Of a stretch of 64,000 nt of DNA, positions 1-9,998 are shown one piece after another (positions within the stretch are counted from its first letter, which is position 1; every line of letters begins with the position of its first letter). The stretch spans positions 1 through 64,000 of the forward strand of contig NW_013546722.1 in the NCBI RefSeq assembly GCF_000760515.2, read 5' to 3'. The notes beneath the pieces were generated by a model. The model was given only the letters and a program-made list of their open reading frames with translations. It had not been told where the DNA came from and did not search any database. The DNA is from Mitosporidium daphniae. Taxonomy: Eukaryota. The position numbers and the translations under genes were made by a program.

Positions 1-64
1 TTGTTTGCCTGTCAGCCGGTCTGCATCGGCCGATTCTCACAACGTGCCCCACATGGTGCCTCAA
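1..64. repeat. Left arm of a perfect 64-bp inverted repeat (truncated by the window start)
   Basis: 1-64 (ttgtttgcctgtcagccgg...catggtgcctcaa) is the exact reverse complement of 3825-3888. Confidence 0.97.
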
Positions 65-1045
65 TAAAATTTACCTCTAGCCTGTGTAAATTTTTTTTTT
101 GCCAAATAAATTTTTCGATATGATATCCGATTAAGTCCTCGGTCCTGCACCTAGGTTCAATTTTAGTCTTCGGGGCATTCCAGTCGTTGAGATGGCTAAT
201 ATCAACCGATAAAAAGTGTTTATTTGGTTCTGTTTCATAGTTATGTTTCGGGCCAAATAGCAACCCTAAAAAATAAAGGGAGCTATCATTGTATTGTATA
301 GCCTTTATTAACACAGGCTATGATAATAGGCCCGCTCTGTCGAAGATTTCAATAGTTAGGTTTGTTACCTTTTGAAGTTCATTTGGAGGCGAATTAAACT
401 TGACTGATTGTGGAAGGCATTCCTATATGTACTCAGAGAGATAAAATATAAAAAGTGTAATTGGCCAGGTGTATCAGAGGGATCAATTTTAACGAGTTTA
501 TAAAAATTATCCCTAACTCGAAAGTCATACTGAACTCGAGTCTTCCGCCGATGATGGGGCGATTATTTGTTGGCGCATCTCAATATGTTAAAATATTAAA
601 TCGACTCATTAACACTGAGTAGGAAGCCCAATTTGACAAGTATCACGGTGACTTGAAAGAAAATATCCGACTGACACTCACAAGAATGATATGGTGCATG
701 GTGCGTGTCCAGAATTACTACAAATTATTAAGAAATGTTCGAAAAGGCCAAAAATAAGCTCAGATTAATGATTCCAAAATATATTCGCATGGCATTAGTT
801 AATTAGCTTAAGCATTGGATTGCCCGTTCTTTCAACGCCTCGGAATCTCGGTTTTATCAGATTTTTGTTTTCGGAACCGTTTTCTCCATCAGACAGTTTT
901 TCTTGGAAAGGTTTTTCGCGAATAAATCGTTTAATGAGAAGTTTTCTTTTGCTTGAAAGTTCTCTTGACCCTCTATCACGATGAGTGTGGACGTTTCAGA
1001 GATATGCAAAAAGGACTCGGAGAAAGATTATAACAACACCTGCTA

Positions 1046-1678
1046 TCAAAGAGCTTCTGGCCCAATAATTGAATATTGTTTCCTAAAAGATAACAATAGC
1101 CCCACGGTTACTACTACTTTCTGCCAATTCATGAAATTTAGACTTAAGAAAAGCGAATATTTATTTTTCTCGCTATAGAATTTCATACAGTATTCACTTT
1201 TGAGGTTGTTATAGCCGCTGTAGACAAGTTCTTGATATGTGAAACACAACAGATGCTCGTGATCTCGTAGAGGTTTTTTTATAGATATATTTTTTTGTAT
1301 TGACAGGCTATCTGATTCTTCCTCATTTATATATCCCATTAGTTCTTGATCTCTTTTAGCGAACCAAAAGCTCTCAATTAGAAATACAGTATCTCAGCAT
1401 GGGATTCCTTAGATATGTCTTGCACATCATCTTTTGCAAAAGGTAATTTTCTAACATTTCTTTTCTCATATTTTGTGACTTTAGCTAGACGCTTTTTAAA
1501 AGGGTTTAAGCTCATCTTATTTAGAAGAACTCCAAATAGCTTATTTTCAAATTTTATTATGACTTCTGTCCCTTGCCCTAACTTCTCGAGCAGTGTATAA
1601 TGATAAGATTTTTTGCAAATTTCAGTAAATTGAACCGACAAAAAAAATTACAATGAAAAGTATAAGAAATAAAAGCAT
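1046..1678 (-). pseudogene. Frameshifted signal-peptide protein gene remnant
   Basis: ATG at 1678 gives MLLFLILFIVIF. Removing one T from the T8 run (1640-1647) joins it to ORF 1378-1641, and a second frameshift joins ORF 1046-1339. No family recognised. Confidence 0.5.
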
Positions 1679-3824
1679 TTCAATGCTGAGTGAAGTGGAG
1701 AGCTTATCTAAATTTTTTCCAGCATTTAGACTGTTTTAGACCAGAATATTAAATCCAATGATTGGTGAAATCGCAAATTAAACCCAAAAATTTTAATTAT
1801 CAGGTCGTCACATTTATGTGTGCTTTTGGCCAGATGATTACTTATATTCTGGATGCTTAAAAAATATGCCAGACTGATCAAGCATAAGGGTAAAATTTTT
1901 TTCTGATATGAGCAATTATATTGGCAATAGACTGATGCATTGGTAATCCATATAGCTTATAAACAAAGCAAGAAATTCCATTATTCGGGCTCGCTTCAAA
2001 TATGGGTAACCATATTTTCCAACAAAAATCTTGAAATCTTTTATTGAATGGATATGAATGTGATTGAGGTTTATTACTACTGCTGTTCAAAGGAAAAACC
2101 CTGCTTGGATAATAACCCTATTAGAACATCCAAGTTCTGCTTCAATTCATCAATTGCTACTGGCACAAGATATAGAAAACCGAGCTAAATGACGAATTTT
2201 TAATAAATATCCTCGGCAATATTTTAAGCGCCTATGGAAAATGGCCAGCTTGAAGAATAATCTCCTTTATCTAACCCCAGTAACTTGATTTAAGTCTGCT
2301 AGATGTTCACATAGTAACCATACGGTCGCTAAATCGAGTCTCTGTATTTGGTGCGTGATAGCTTTCGTCTAACTACATCTCTAATATTAAAATAAATTGA
2401 ATTTAGCCAACTAGATGCCTGCTTTTACAGGATATCCGGCCTAACTCGGCCTGTACCGATGCTAGATGTCGTTCAAGGCATCGATAAATGCCCCCCTTGA
2501 TCTAATGGAAGCTTGATTTCAACCCATAAGAATAAGCCATCGGAAAGATTCTCTAATAGGTTGCAATTAAATAGGGATATCAAATTTAACTAATCAAGTT
2601 GGATGAGATGGTAAGCTTCAGCCTCACCTTGACCCGTCAGCAATTCTTATTTTACCTTCATTCTACAAGATTTTATTAAGAAAAATTAGAGGTAAATGAA
2701 AACAAAAAATTTTGGTATAAAACTTGAGAGGAAAATAGCATAGTATTTTTGAACATACCGCCAATAGGTGCCTATATTAAATTTCAACAGCGAATTCTTC
2801 TTGTACGTGGAAAAAAGCCCCTCGGAAGGATGTCACATTTACCCCACTTTCCTTGAGGGCCATACATAGCGTCAATAAAACAAAAATACAGCAAGGGTCT
2901 TCATAAGTCATAAATATACGCTTTTATAAGCGCGGAAGAATACATTATGCGCTGCGCGCAATAAAAATATTGAATAGGTAATTCAATGCAGATCCAAATC
3001 AAATGAAAGAATGAAAATTGATTGTGTAATTTCTTGTCTTGATTTATTCGTGGTTTTCAAACCAGCAGAAAGAAAAAGAAAAACTAAAAAGGGTACCTAT
3101 GGATCCAATATCAACTCCAGTGTATTTGATATCAAGCTCTAGGATTCTATAAAGCATCTAAAAATGCGCTTCAGAAATATTTTTAAATGAGATGTGAATG
3201 TAAATTGCAGACAGGTCGCCAATAAACGAAATCGCTTAAAAGTGGTTGGGAAGATAATAATCAAGAGGCCTTTGGGTTAAAATAATTATAGAGATAAAAA
3301 TCTTGAAGCTTTATGTGCAATAACTATTTTAGGTAAGAATCTTTCTTTAAAAAAAGAATAAACCCAGATTTAAGTCCAAAAGACATAATTGCAAGTTGGT
3401 AGGTCTCAAAACAAAATAGAGACAAGAAATCAGTACAAAACATCAGAAAAGTTTATTAAAAATCTGAATATCCAAGATGAAGGCTAAGCATACATGTCCT
3501 TTCAGGGGCTTTACCAGCCACTTTAGTATTATTGGGCTATCGAGGGACATCACTAATAACAAAGGGGGCGGCTATGCTGGTAATTTCATTTTCGATTCTA
3601 AAGAACAAGCCATCGAATAATAAGACTGTAATATCAGAGAGAAAAAGGGAAATTAATCATCCACTGACAAAAAATATCACAGGGAAACGATGCGGTTGAG
3701 TACTAACTCTAACACAATCGTAGCCATAAGGCGATTAATACGATGGCTCTAAAACCATGAAACCTCAAATCAGCAATGCCAAGAAATCTCCTCTGCGACT
3801 TCAATGGATAAATTTTACCGAAAT

Positions 3825-3888
3825 TTGAGGCACCATGTGGGGCACGTTGTGAGAATCGGCCGATGCAGACCGGCTGACAGGCAAACAA
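3825..3888. repeat. Right arm of the perfect 64-bp inverted repeat
   Basis: ttgaggcaccatgtgggg...gacaggcaaacaa matches the reverse complement of 1-64. It is GC-rich against AT-rich flanks. The true outer end cannot be seen because the left arm runs off the window. Confidence 0.97.
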
Positions 3889-3995
3889 GACCCTAGATGT
3901 TCAAAGTAAAATTAAATTTTACCCCTTAGGGTTACACCGGGCATAGTGCGTAATTGGGCGCTCAAATTTTCATTTTATCCACAACATAACATAAC

Positions 3996-6737
3996 ATGGG
4001 TGTACCCAAGCTTTTTAAATGGCTCAAAGATAGATATCCGCTGATCTCACAATCAGGTCTTGGGGCTTCTTTGAAATCATCAGGGATCTTGCCAGCAATT
4101 GATGACCTTTTCATTGATGCAAACTCTATCATTCATTCGTGCACACATCCAGAGTATGGGTCGCTACCCAAGTCTGAAGCTGAGATGTTTTACCGAATTG
4201 GAAAGGAGCTGGATACCATGGTTGCAATCGTTGCTCCTCGACGCATGTTTTTTGTTGCTGTCGACGGGGTCGCTCCTCGTGCAAAGCTCAATCAGCAGCG
4301 CTCGCGTAGATTCAGGGCAGCTGCAGAGGCCGCCACCAGCGCTGGCGCCGCCGCGACCACCAGCACGGCCAATGGAGATGCTCTGATTGCAGAAAAATTT
4401 GATCCAAATTCGATTACACCGGGCACGCCGTTTATGGCTCGTCTTTCTGCATTTCTGAGGTCTTTTCTTCAATCCAGGCTAAAGGAGGAACTTTATCCCC
4501 CCAAAGTAGTGTATTCTGGCCAAGAAATCCCTGGCGAGGGAGAACACAAAATTATGGATGAGATTAGGTCGCTCACTTCGCAAAAGACGCTCGGCCCAAT
4601 TTGCATTCATGGCCTTGATGCTGACCTTATCATGCTATCTTTAGCCTCACATCATCGCCAACTGGTTTTGTTGAGAGAACAGCGTCCATTTCTCCAGCGG
4701 TATGGGAGTTCCCTAAAAAAGGAGCGCCCGATGCCAGAAAGTCTTGGCGAAATGACCTTTGATGTGCTTCATATTTCCATCCTTAGAGATTACTTGAGGC
4801 TCGAGTTCTCGTGCTCAGCTGAAACCCAAAATTTAAACGAGGAGGAGGAAAAAAAAGTGGCGTCCGATTTTGTGGTGCTGGCAATGCTGGCGGGAAATGA
4901 TTTTGTGCCGCACCTCCCAGGGTTCCACATTGATAAGGGTTCACTGAGTTCATTGCTTGATGTGTATAAAAGCGTTCGAAAACCCGACGAGTATTTGACG
5001 TCACTAGAGTCTTCGCCTCATATTTCAAGCATCAACTGGGGCCTTTTAGCCCGAATTCTGACATCCAGTGGACAGGCATCGCCATCTTCATCGCCGCCTA
5101 TAAAGGCTGTTAGAGAGAATTCTCAACACGAGGCTGCAGAGACTTTTATGGACAACGCAGTCGCCCTCAAGGCAGATAGTTCTGGTGAAGAAGACTGCGC
5201 TGATGGATATAAAAATTACTATTCCCAAAAGCTCTCTCTCACCGATGAGCGGGCCCTGGAGCCTCTTTTTCTTTCATATGTCCGCATTCTTCTCTGGGCT
5301 TGGATATACTACTACAGGGGTCTTGATTCGTGGGCTGTATTCTACCCATATCACTACGCACCACTTGGTGGCGACATTGGGGCGTGGCTTGAAAAAGGTG
5401 GCCCACTTGCACACGACATGCTGGTCCCGGCACAGCTTTGGGGCATTTCAAACGGCACTCCATTGAGACCGTTGGAGCAGCTTTTGGCAGTACTTCCGAT
5501 AGCCTCTGGGGCTACCCTTTTACCGCAGCCTCTTTTTGATCTTATGAGTTCTGAAGCGTTGGCAGAGTGGTATCCCCTTACGTTTGCGATTGATGTGAAT
5601 GAAAAAACTCGCTCTTGGGAACACATTGTTCTCATACCGTTTATTGACGAAAAGAAGCTCCTTAGCGCTGTCCGAGGTGTGGAAAACAAACTGACGCCCC
5701 AGGAAAAGGCTTTCAATCGACAGTATTCACAGCCTTTTATTTGGAACAAGGGAATAAATCATCCGGCCGCAAGATGTTGTGATCCGTCTTTGTGGCCTTC
5801 ACTGTTCGTGAAAAATACCGTTTTTTCCGGCTCCACATGGGGGAGAATGAGTCCCCGTCGACTTTCACCTTCTCTTCAGCTTTGCCTTTGCGGTGCCTTT
5901 TCCCTGGAAGATGGTGGACAATATTGCATTCAATGTCTTTTAAACCAAATCAAAAAAGGCTCTCTTTTTAGCAATTGGCCATATCATTTGCATCCGCTCT
6001 CATTGGCACCGATGAATGAAACGCATTTGCGTGTGTTTGGACTGACCGATGGGAAGGAAATATTCTATGACAGTGACGGGGTTCGACGAAGAGACCTGAG
6101 CATGGCGGAGTTGGATCTTTTCTCGCTGGCACGGCGTGTATTTAATATGAAATCGACCAAAATCGCATCGGCATTTTCCAATGACATTGATCCTGGTCTT
6201 TATTTCTTTGGACGGGTCGAAAGAGGCAACAATGATGCGCAGGGCTCCCGAAATCTTTCCGTCAATGGGGTAGTTATGAGGACAGGGAAAGACTTTTTTA
6301 TCATTCCGCCAGCTTTGTGTGTTAACTTGAAAACCCCATCGTGCGCACATGTCAATTATATTTGGAAAAAAGAGAAAACAAGTGGTACCAACCCCTCTAA
6401 TAAGCTGCCAACGGCTAGTTCTAACCCATATGACTACTTTGTAAAATCGTCAACCGCACCAAACGGCCCCAACACCACGCCTGTGAAGATGATACCTGAG
6501 GTTGAGGAAAATCCTCACATCAAGCAGCATGATAGAAAGGCACGCAGCCCCGAATATAAACTTACCAGAAAGGCAGTCAATGCATCTGATCTAGAGGCCA
6601 AATTATTGGGGCTTTCCATGCAGGGCCCGAGGGAAACGCCACCCCCCAGACAGCCTCGAAAGGACAAAAAAGACTATTTATGTGAAAATTTAAAAACGGC
6701 TCTTGGAATCAGCTCATGTAAACGGAACCACAAATGA
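3996..6737 (+). CDS. XRN1: XRN-family 5'-3' exoribonuclease (XRN1-like), 913 aa, divergent C-terminus
   Basis: Motifs MGVPKLFKWL, DGVAPRAKLNQQRSRRFR, FDPNSITPGTPFM, PGEGEHKIM, HGLDADLIML, GNDF, YPYHYAP. Confidence 0.9.
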   Translation: MGVPKLFKWLKDRYPLISQSGLGASLKSSGILPAIDDLFIDANSIIHSCTHPEYGSLPKSEAEMFYRIGKELDTMVAIVAPRRMFFVAVDGVAPRAKLNQQRSRRFRAAAEAATSAGAAATTSTANGDALIAEKFDPNSITPGTPFMARLSAFLRSFLQSRLKEELYPPKVVYSGQEIPGEGEHKIMDEIRSLTSQKTLGPICIHGLDADLIMLSLASHHRQLVLLREQRPFLQRYGSSLKKERPMPESLGEMTFDVLHISILRDYLRLEFSCSAETQNLNEEEEKKVASDFVVLAMLAGNDFVPHLPGFHIDKGSLSSLLDVYKSVRKPDEYLTSLESSPHISSINWGLLARILTSSGQASPSSSPPIKAVRENSQHEAAETFMDNAVALKADSSGEEDCADGYKNYYSQKLSLTDERALEPLFLSYVRILLWAWIYYYRGLDSWAVFYPYHYAPLGGDIGAWLEKGGPLAHDMLVPAQLWGISNGTPLRPLEQLLAVLPIASGATLLPQPLFDLMSSEALAEWYPLTFAIDVNEKTRSWEHIVLIPFIDEKKLLSAVRGVENKLTPQEKAFNRQYSQPFIWNKGINHPAARCCDPSLWPSLFVKNTVFSGSTWGRMSPRRLSPSLQLCLCGAFSLEDGGQYCIQCLLNQIKKGSLFSNWPYHLHPLSLAPMNETHLRVFGLTDGKEIFYDSDGVRRRDLSMAELDLFSLARRVFNMKSTKIASAFSNDIDPGLYFFGRVERGNNDAQGSRNLSVNGVVMRTGKDFFIIPPALCVNLKTPSCAHVNYIWKKEKTSGTNPSNKLPTASSNPYDYFVKSSTAPNGPNTTPVKMIPEVEENPHIKQHDRKARSPEYKLTRKAVNASDLEAKLLGLSMQGPRETPPPRQPRKDKKDYLCENLKTALGISSCKRNHK

Positions 6738-6781
6738 TTTTCTCTGCTGACACAAATCGAATAATTAAAATAGATGTTTAT

Positions 6782-6856
6782 TTGGCTTCGCTCCGTTCCG
6801 TTCCGCTGCGCTGCGCTCCGTTTCGTTTGATTTGGGTTCGATTGGATTGGATTGAA
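6782..6856. repeat. Degenerate pentamer tandem array (15 units)
   Basis: ttggc ttcgc tccgt tccgt tccgc tgcgc tgcgc tccgt ttcgt ttgat ttggg ttcga ttgga ttgga ttgaa. Confidence 0.85.
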
Positions 6857-6903
6857 ATTTAATTAGTAAATTTTAAGGAACATAAATTTTATATTCTTGA
6901 CAT

Positions 6904-6994
6904 GTAAGTCCAAAACCTAATATCTCCTGCCCCATTGTATTCCCCACCATGCAGCTTTTCATCTGTCCCTTGGGCATTTCTCACTCTCCCCTAG
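6904..6994 (+). other. Probable 5'-UTR intron of RPS12 (91 nt)
   Basis: GTAAGT...pyrimidine tract...CTAG, ending 18 nt before the ATG and lying downstream of AAATTT motifs. Confidence 0.65.
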
Positions 6995-7012
6995 CGAGGA
7001 CGTCTGTTTCAA

Positions 7013-7453
7013 ATGTCATCAGAAGGAGATGTTTCCATTGAAATGAGTGTTGTCGAGACAACGGTCTCTGCCGAAATAATTTCATCCATGAGCATTGAGG
7101 AGGCTTTGGTTGCCGTCCTTAGGCAATCGCGCATCCACAATGGCCTTGCCCGTGGACTCCGTGAATGTGTTAAAGCACTTGATCGCGGAACTGCACATCT
7201 TTGCATTTTGGCAGAAAGCTGCGACGAAGCCGGATATGTCAAGCTTATTACTGCGCTTTGTGCCGAGCACTCCATCGATCTTATCAAGGTCCCGGATGGC
7301 AAGAAGCTTGGAGAATGGGTTGGGCTTTGCAAGTATGACGACAACGGGGTTGCACAGAAGATTGTCTCGTGCTCGTCCGCTGTGATTCGTCAGTTTGGTG
7401 AAGAAAGCGAGGCAATGCATGTGCTAGTTCAGCACCTCAAGGGCCGCAACTGA
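7013..7453 (+). CDS. RPS12: 40S ribosomal protein S12 (eS12)
   Basis: GLARGLRECVKALD, LCILAESCDE, LGEWVGLCK. Confidence 0.97.
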   Translation: MSSEGDVSIEMSVVETTVSAEIISSMSIEEALVAVLRQSRIHNGLARGLRECVKALDRGTAHLCILAESCDEAGYVKLITALCAEHSIDLIKVPDGKKLGEWVGLCKYDDNGVAQKIVSCSSAVIRQFGEESEAMHVLVQHLKGRN

Positions 7454-7665
7454 AGAAAAAGATGATATGCTTTAATTAAATGATTTGTCATTCGATTTCC
7501 AAGGTGTGCCATAGATTTCCAAGACTTCCATGTTGGGGCATTGAAAGTATGGTTCCAAAGCGTGCATGGCAGCTGCTTGATACGATCTGCCTTGGCATGG
7601 CGGTTTGATTGGCTGGGTGCCAAATCGATGTAATTTTGAATTTAATTTAAATTTGTGACGCACTA

Positions 7666-8625
7666 ATGAATGCCACGTTCCGAAAGGCAGCACCCAGACG
7701 AACTCACCGCGAGCGATGTGCCCCCGCAGACCGGTCGCGATTTGGTATTCTCGAGAGACACAAAGACTACAAGCAGCGTGCAAAAAGCTACCACCTTAAA
7801 GCCAAACGGCTCAATGCCATGAAGCAAGCAGCTCGTTTCAAAAATCCAGATGAGTTCTATTTTGCCATGCAGAGATCAAAGATCATCGTATGTTTGGCAG
7901 TTTTATGGCTTTAGGATGGCCGGCACAAAAACGAGGGTCACACTGATGCTGCAGGCTGTGCCCCGGAAATACCTGCTGATTTGAAGTCTCTGATGGAGAG
8001 CCAGTCGATCTCGTTTGTACAAAACCATCTGCTGATGAATTCAAGGGTTTTTGCTTACATTTTTGCTTAACCTTTAGCAAATCGACAAGCTGCAAAAGTC
8101 CAGAATGCTTCCAGTTGCGCCATTGCAGCATATTTGCTTTGACGACGACGAATGTGGGGATCAGATGCACTTTATCAAGCCCGAGCTCGCGCACATTGCG
8201 AAGCCAGGTTTGGAGAGCATGGACCCCAATCGACCGGCATGTGTATTGGATCCTGCTCAAAGCCATGGAAAGATGGGTTCCTTTGACGATGCCGACAGAG
8301 CGGAAGAACTAGTACCACCACCAACACCCTTGTCATCGCCGTCATCTGCTGTTGATGATCTGTTTGCTTTTCCGGATTTCGAGCAAGACGGAAGGGAACC
8401 AATTGCTATACACATGGCGGTATCTCGAGAAAACAGGGAGCTGAATGCACGCCTTGTTCGCCAAGAGGCGCTGGGCCGGGTGGCCCAGAAAATGCGCACT
8501 CGAAGGCTTGCATCGGTATGTGGTTATGATGTTTATTTTGCTAGTGCAAGGAGAGAAAGGAAAAGGTAGGAACCACCACATGTGGAGCTCCGGTCTTCAA
8601 GTTTGCCCAGGTTCGGAAGCGGTAG
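7666..8625 (+). CDS. UTP11: U3 snoRNP / SSU processome protein Utp11 (3 short introns)
   Basis: N-terminal RTHRER...GILERHKDYKQRA...KNPDEFYFAM. Manual splicing ends APVFKFAQVRKR*, typical of Utp11. Confidence 0.9.
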
Positions 8626-8749
8626 GCTGGTCCGAGGAACACGGTGGCCACACCGGCGATGGACATGTTGTGGCCCCAACGCAACGAAACACCCCGGTTG
8701 CTGCCGCTCCTCCTCGTACTCCTCCTAACCCAACTCGATCCGGACCAGC
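8626..8749. ncRNA. Candidate structured RNA element (GC-rich, nested helices)
   Basis: gctggtccg 8626-8634 pairs with cggaccagc 8741-8749. ggccaca 8646-8652 pairs with tgtggcc 8669-8675. gcaac 8681-8685 pairs with gttgc 8697-8701. Confidence 0.35.
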
Positions 8750-8910
8750 AGGCTCTGCCTCAATGCGCCATCCAACGCCAGCTGAATAAAATCTATCAAT
8801 CATTTGCACGTCAATAGTACCTGAATTCAGAGGTCCTTCATTTAAGACTACTAAAAGACGATCACTAGGCACTCTTCTATGACTGTCAACTTTGGCTATA
8901 TGGCAAGCCT

Positions 8911-8937
8911 TTGTATTGTATTGTATTGTATTGTATT
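8911..8937. repeat. (TTGTA)5 microsatellite
   Basis: Direct reading. Confidence 0.95.
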
Positions 8938-9019
8938 CAAGAGCCACATCTCGCAACCGGGCTTCTTAATTGTGCTGAAGTAATTTCAAGCCTAGGGTTA
9001 GGTTTTTATAATTGAAAAT

Positions 9020-9311
9020 ATGGTAAGATATCCTCGGGTTTGGGATACCCATCCTTTTCTTTCCTTTGGGCTTCCTTTTTTGTCAATGGTTGTTGGTGGC
9101 ACGCATCTTCTTGCATATTTTCTTGAGGCTTCATATGAGGAAAAAGCAAGAAGACAAGAAGGATTTGGGAAATTAGCAGAAAAACGAAAAAGCATCCCGC
9201 TCTCAGAGTCCCTCGAAGTAAGTTTACTCGTCTAATGGTTAGTCATTGAGGGTGTCTGTTCCTGTAGATGACGACTATGAAATGGTAAAAAGGCCACCAT
9301 ACCTATATTGA
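9020..9311 (+). CDS. COX16: Cytochrome c oxidase assembly protein Cox16 (intron 9218-9242)
   Basis: HPFLSFGLPFLSMVVGG...YE transmembrane motif. The spliced C-terminus DDDYEMVKRP matches the Cox16 pattern. Confidence 0.8.
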
Positions 9312-9479
9312 TGTTAAAATAAAAGTATTATAAGGGCATGTTAAAGCCAGTTTCCATCATACTGGCCCGCTGTCTTTTGGCCATCTACTTGGCATTTTGG
9401 CGGAGCAAGGCCAATTTTCTGACTATTTGGTCAATAAAGCCATCATAAATGATCGGAAAGATTAAATTTATTGTCGAAT

Positions 9480-9881
9480 TTACATATGTCTGAGGGGTGT
9501 ATCGCCGGAGTACGTTGAGGAGCTTGAGGGTGTGGATGAACCAAGGATTGGGGCATATTTTTGCCGAAGCAATGCAATCTGTTCCCGTTTCTTTTCCATA
9601 TCCATTTTCTTCAATTGCTTGATGGGCTGATAATACAACACAATCAGATATCTCCCCTGCACATTGAAGCCAGAAAGATGTTCACATGCATTTTTAGCAT
9701 CAAAAATATCTTCGTAAACGACATACGCCGTTCCTCTAGTCTCTTTTTCAGAACCGATTCTGATCTGCCTAATCGTTCCGTATTTTCCAAAAAGATCGAA
9801 AAGGTCTTCGGCTGAAATTTTGAAGGGAAGGTTGCGTACAAACAAAATCCGGTTAACCTCAGGAGACAGGCACACCGACAT
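9480..9881 (-). CDS. SF3B6: U2 snRNP branch-site protein p14
   Basis: [16 protein letters not shown]...[34 protein letters not shown]. Confidence 0.95.
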   Translation of the reverse strand: MSVCLSPEVNRILFVRNLPFKISAEDLFDLFGKYGTIRQIRIGSEKETRGTAYVVYEDIFDAKNACEHLSGFNVQGRYLIVLYYQPIKQLKKMDMEKKREQIALLRQKYAPILGSSTPSSSSTYSGDTPLRHM

Positions 9882-9998
9882 CAACAACTTGTAAAATCGA
9901 TGTAAACTTCAATTTAAACTTTCGCTAAGTTAAAATTTAAAGTTGTATTTTATTATCCATTTTCAAATAAATTAGCTCTACAAAATATGTAATTGTTA

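Noticed and set aside
1..3888. Autonomous transposon or alternative genetic code in the AT-rich island
   Set aside because: No DDE, recombinase or RT motifs seen. All three stop codons and frameshifts interrupt the frames, so no single reassignment restores them.
9330..9440. Small hairpins plus an Sm-site-like aattttctg between COX16 and SF3B6
   Set aside because: No U1, U2, U4, U5 or U6 signature sequence.
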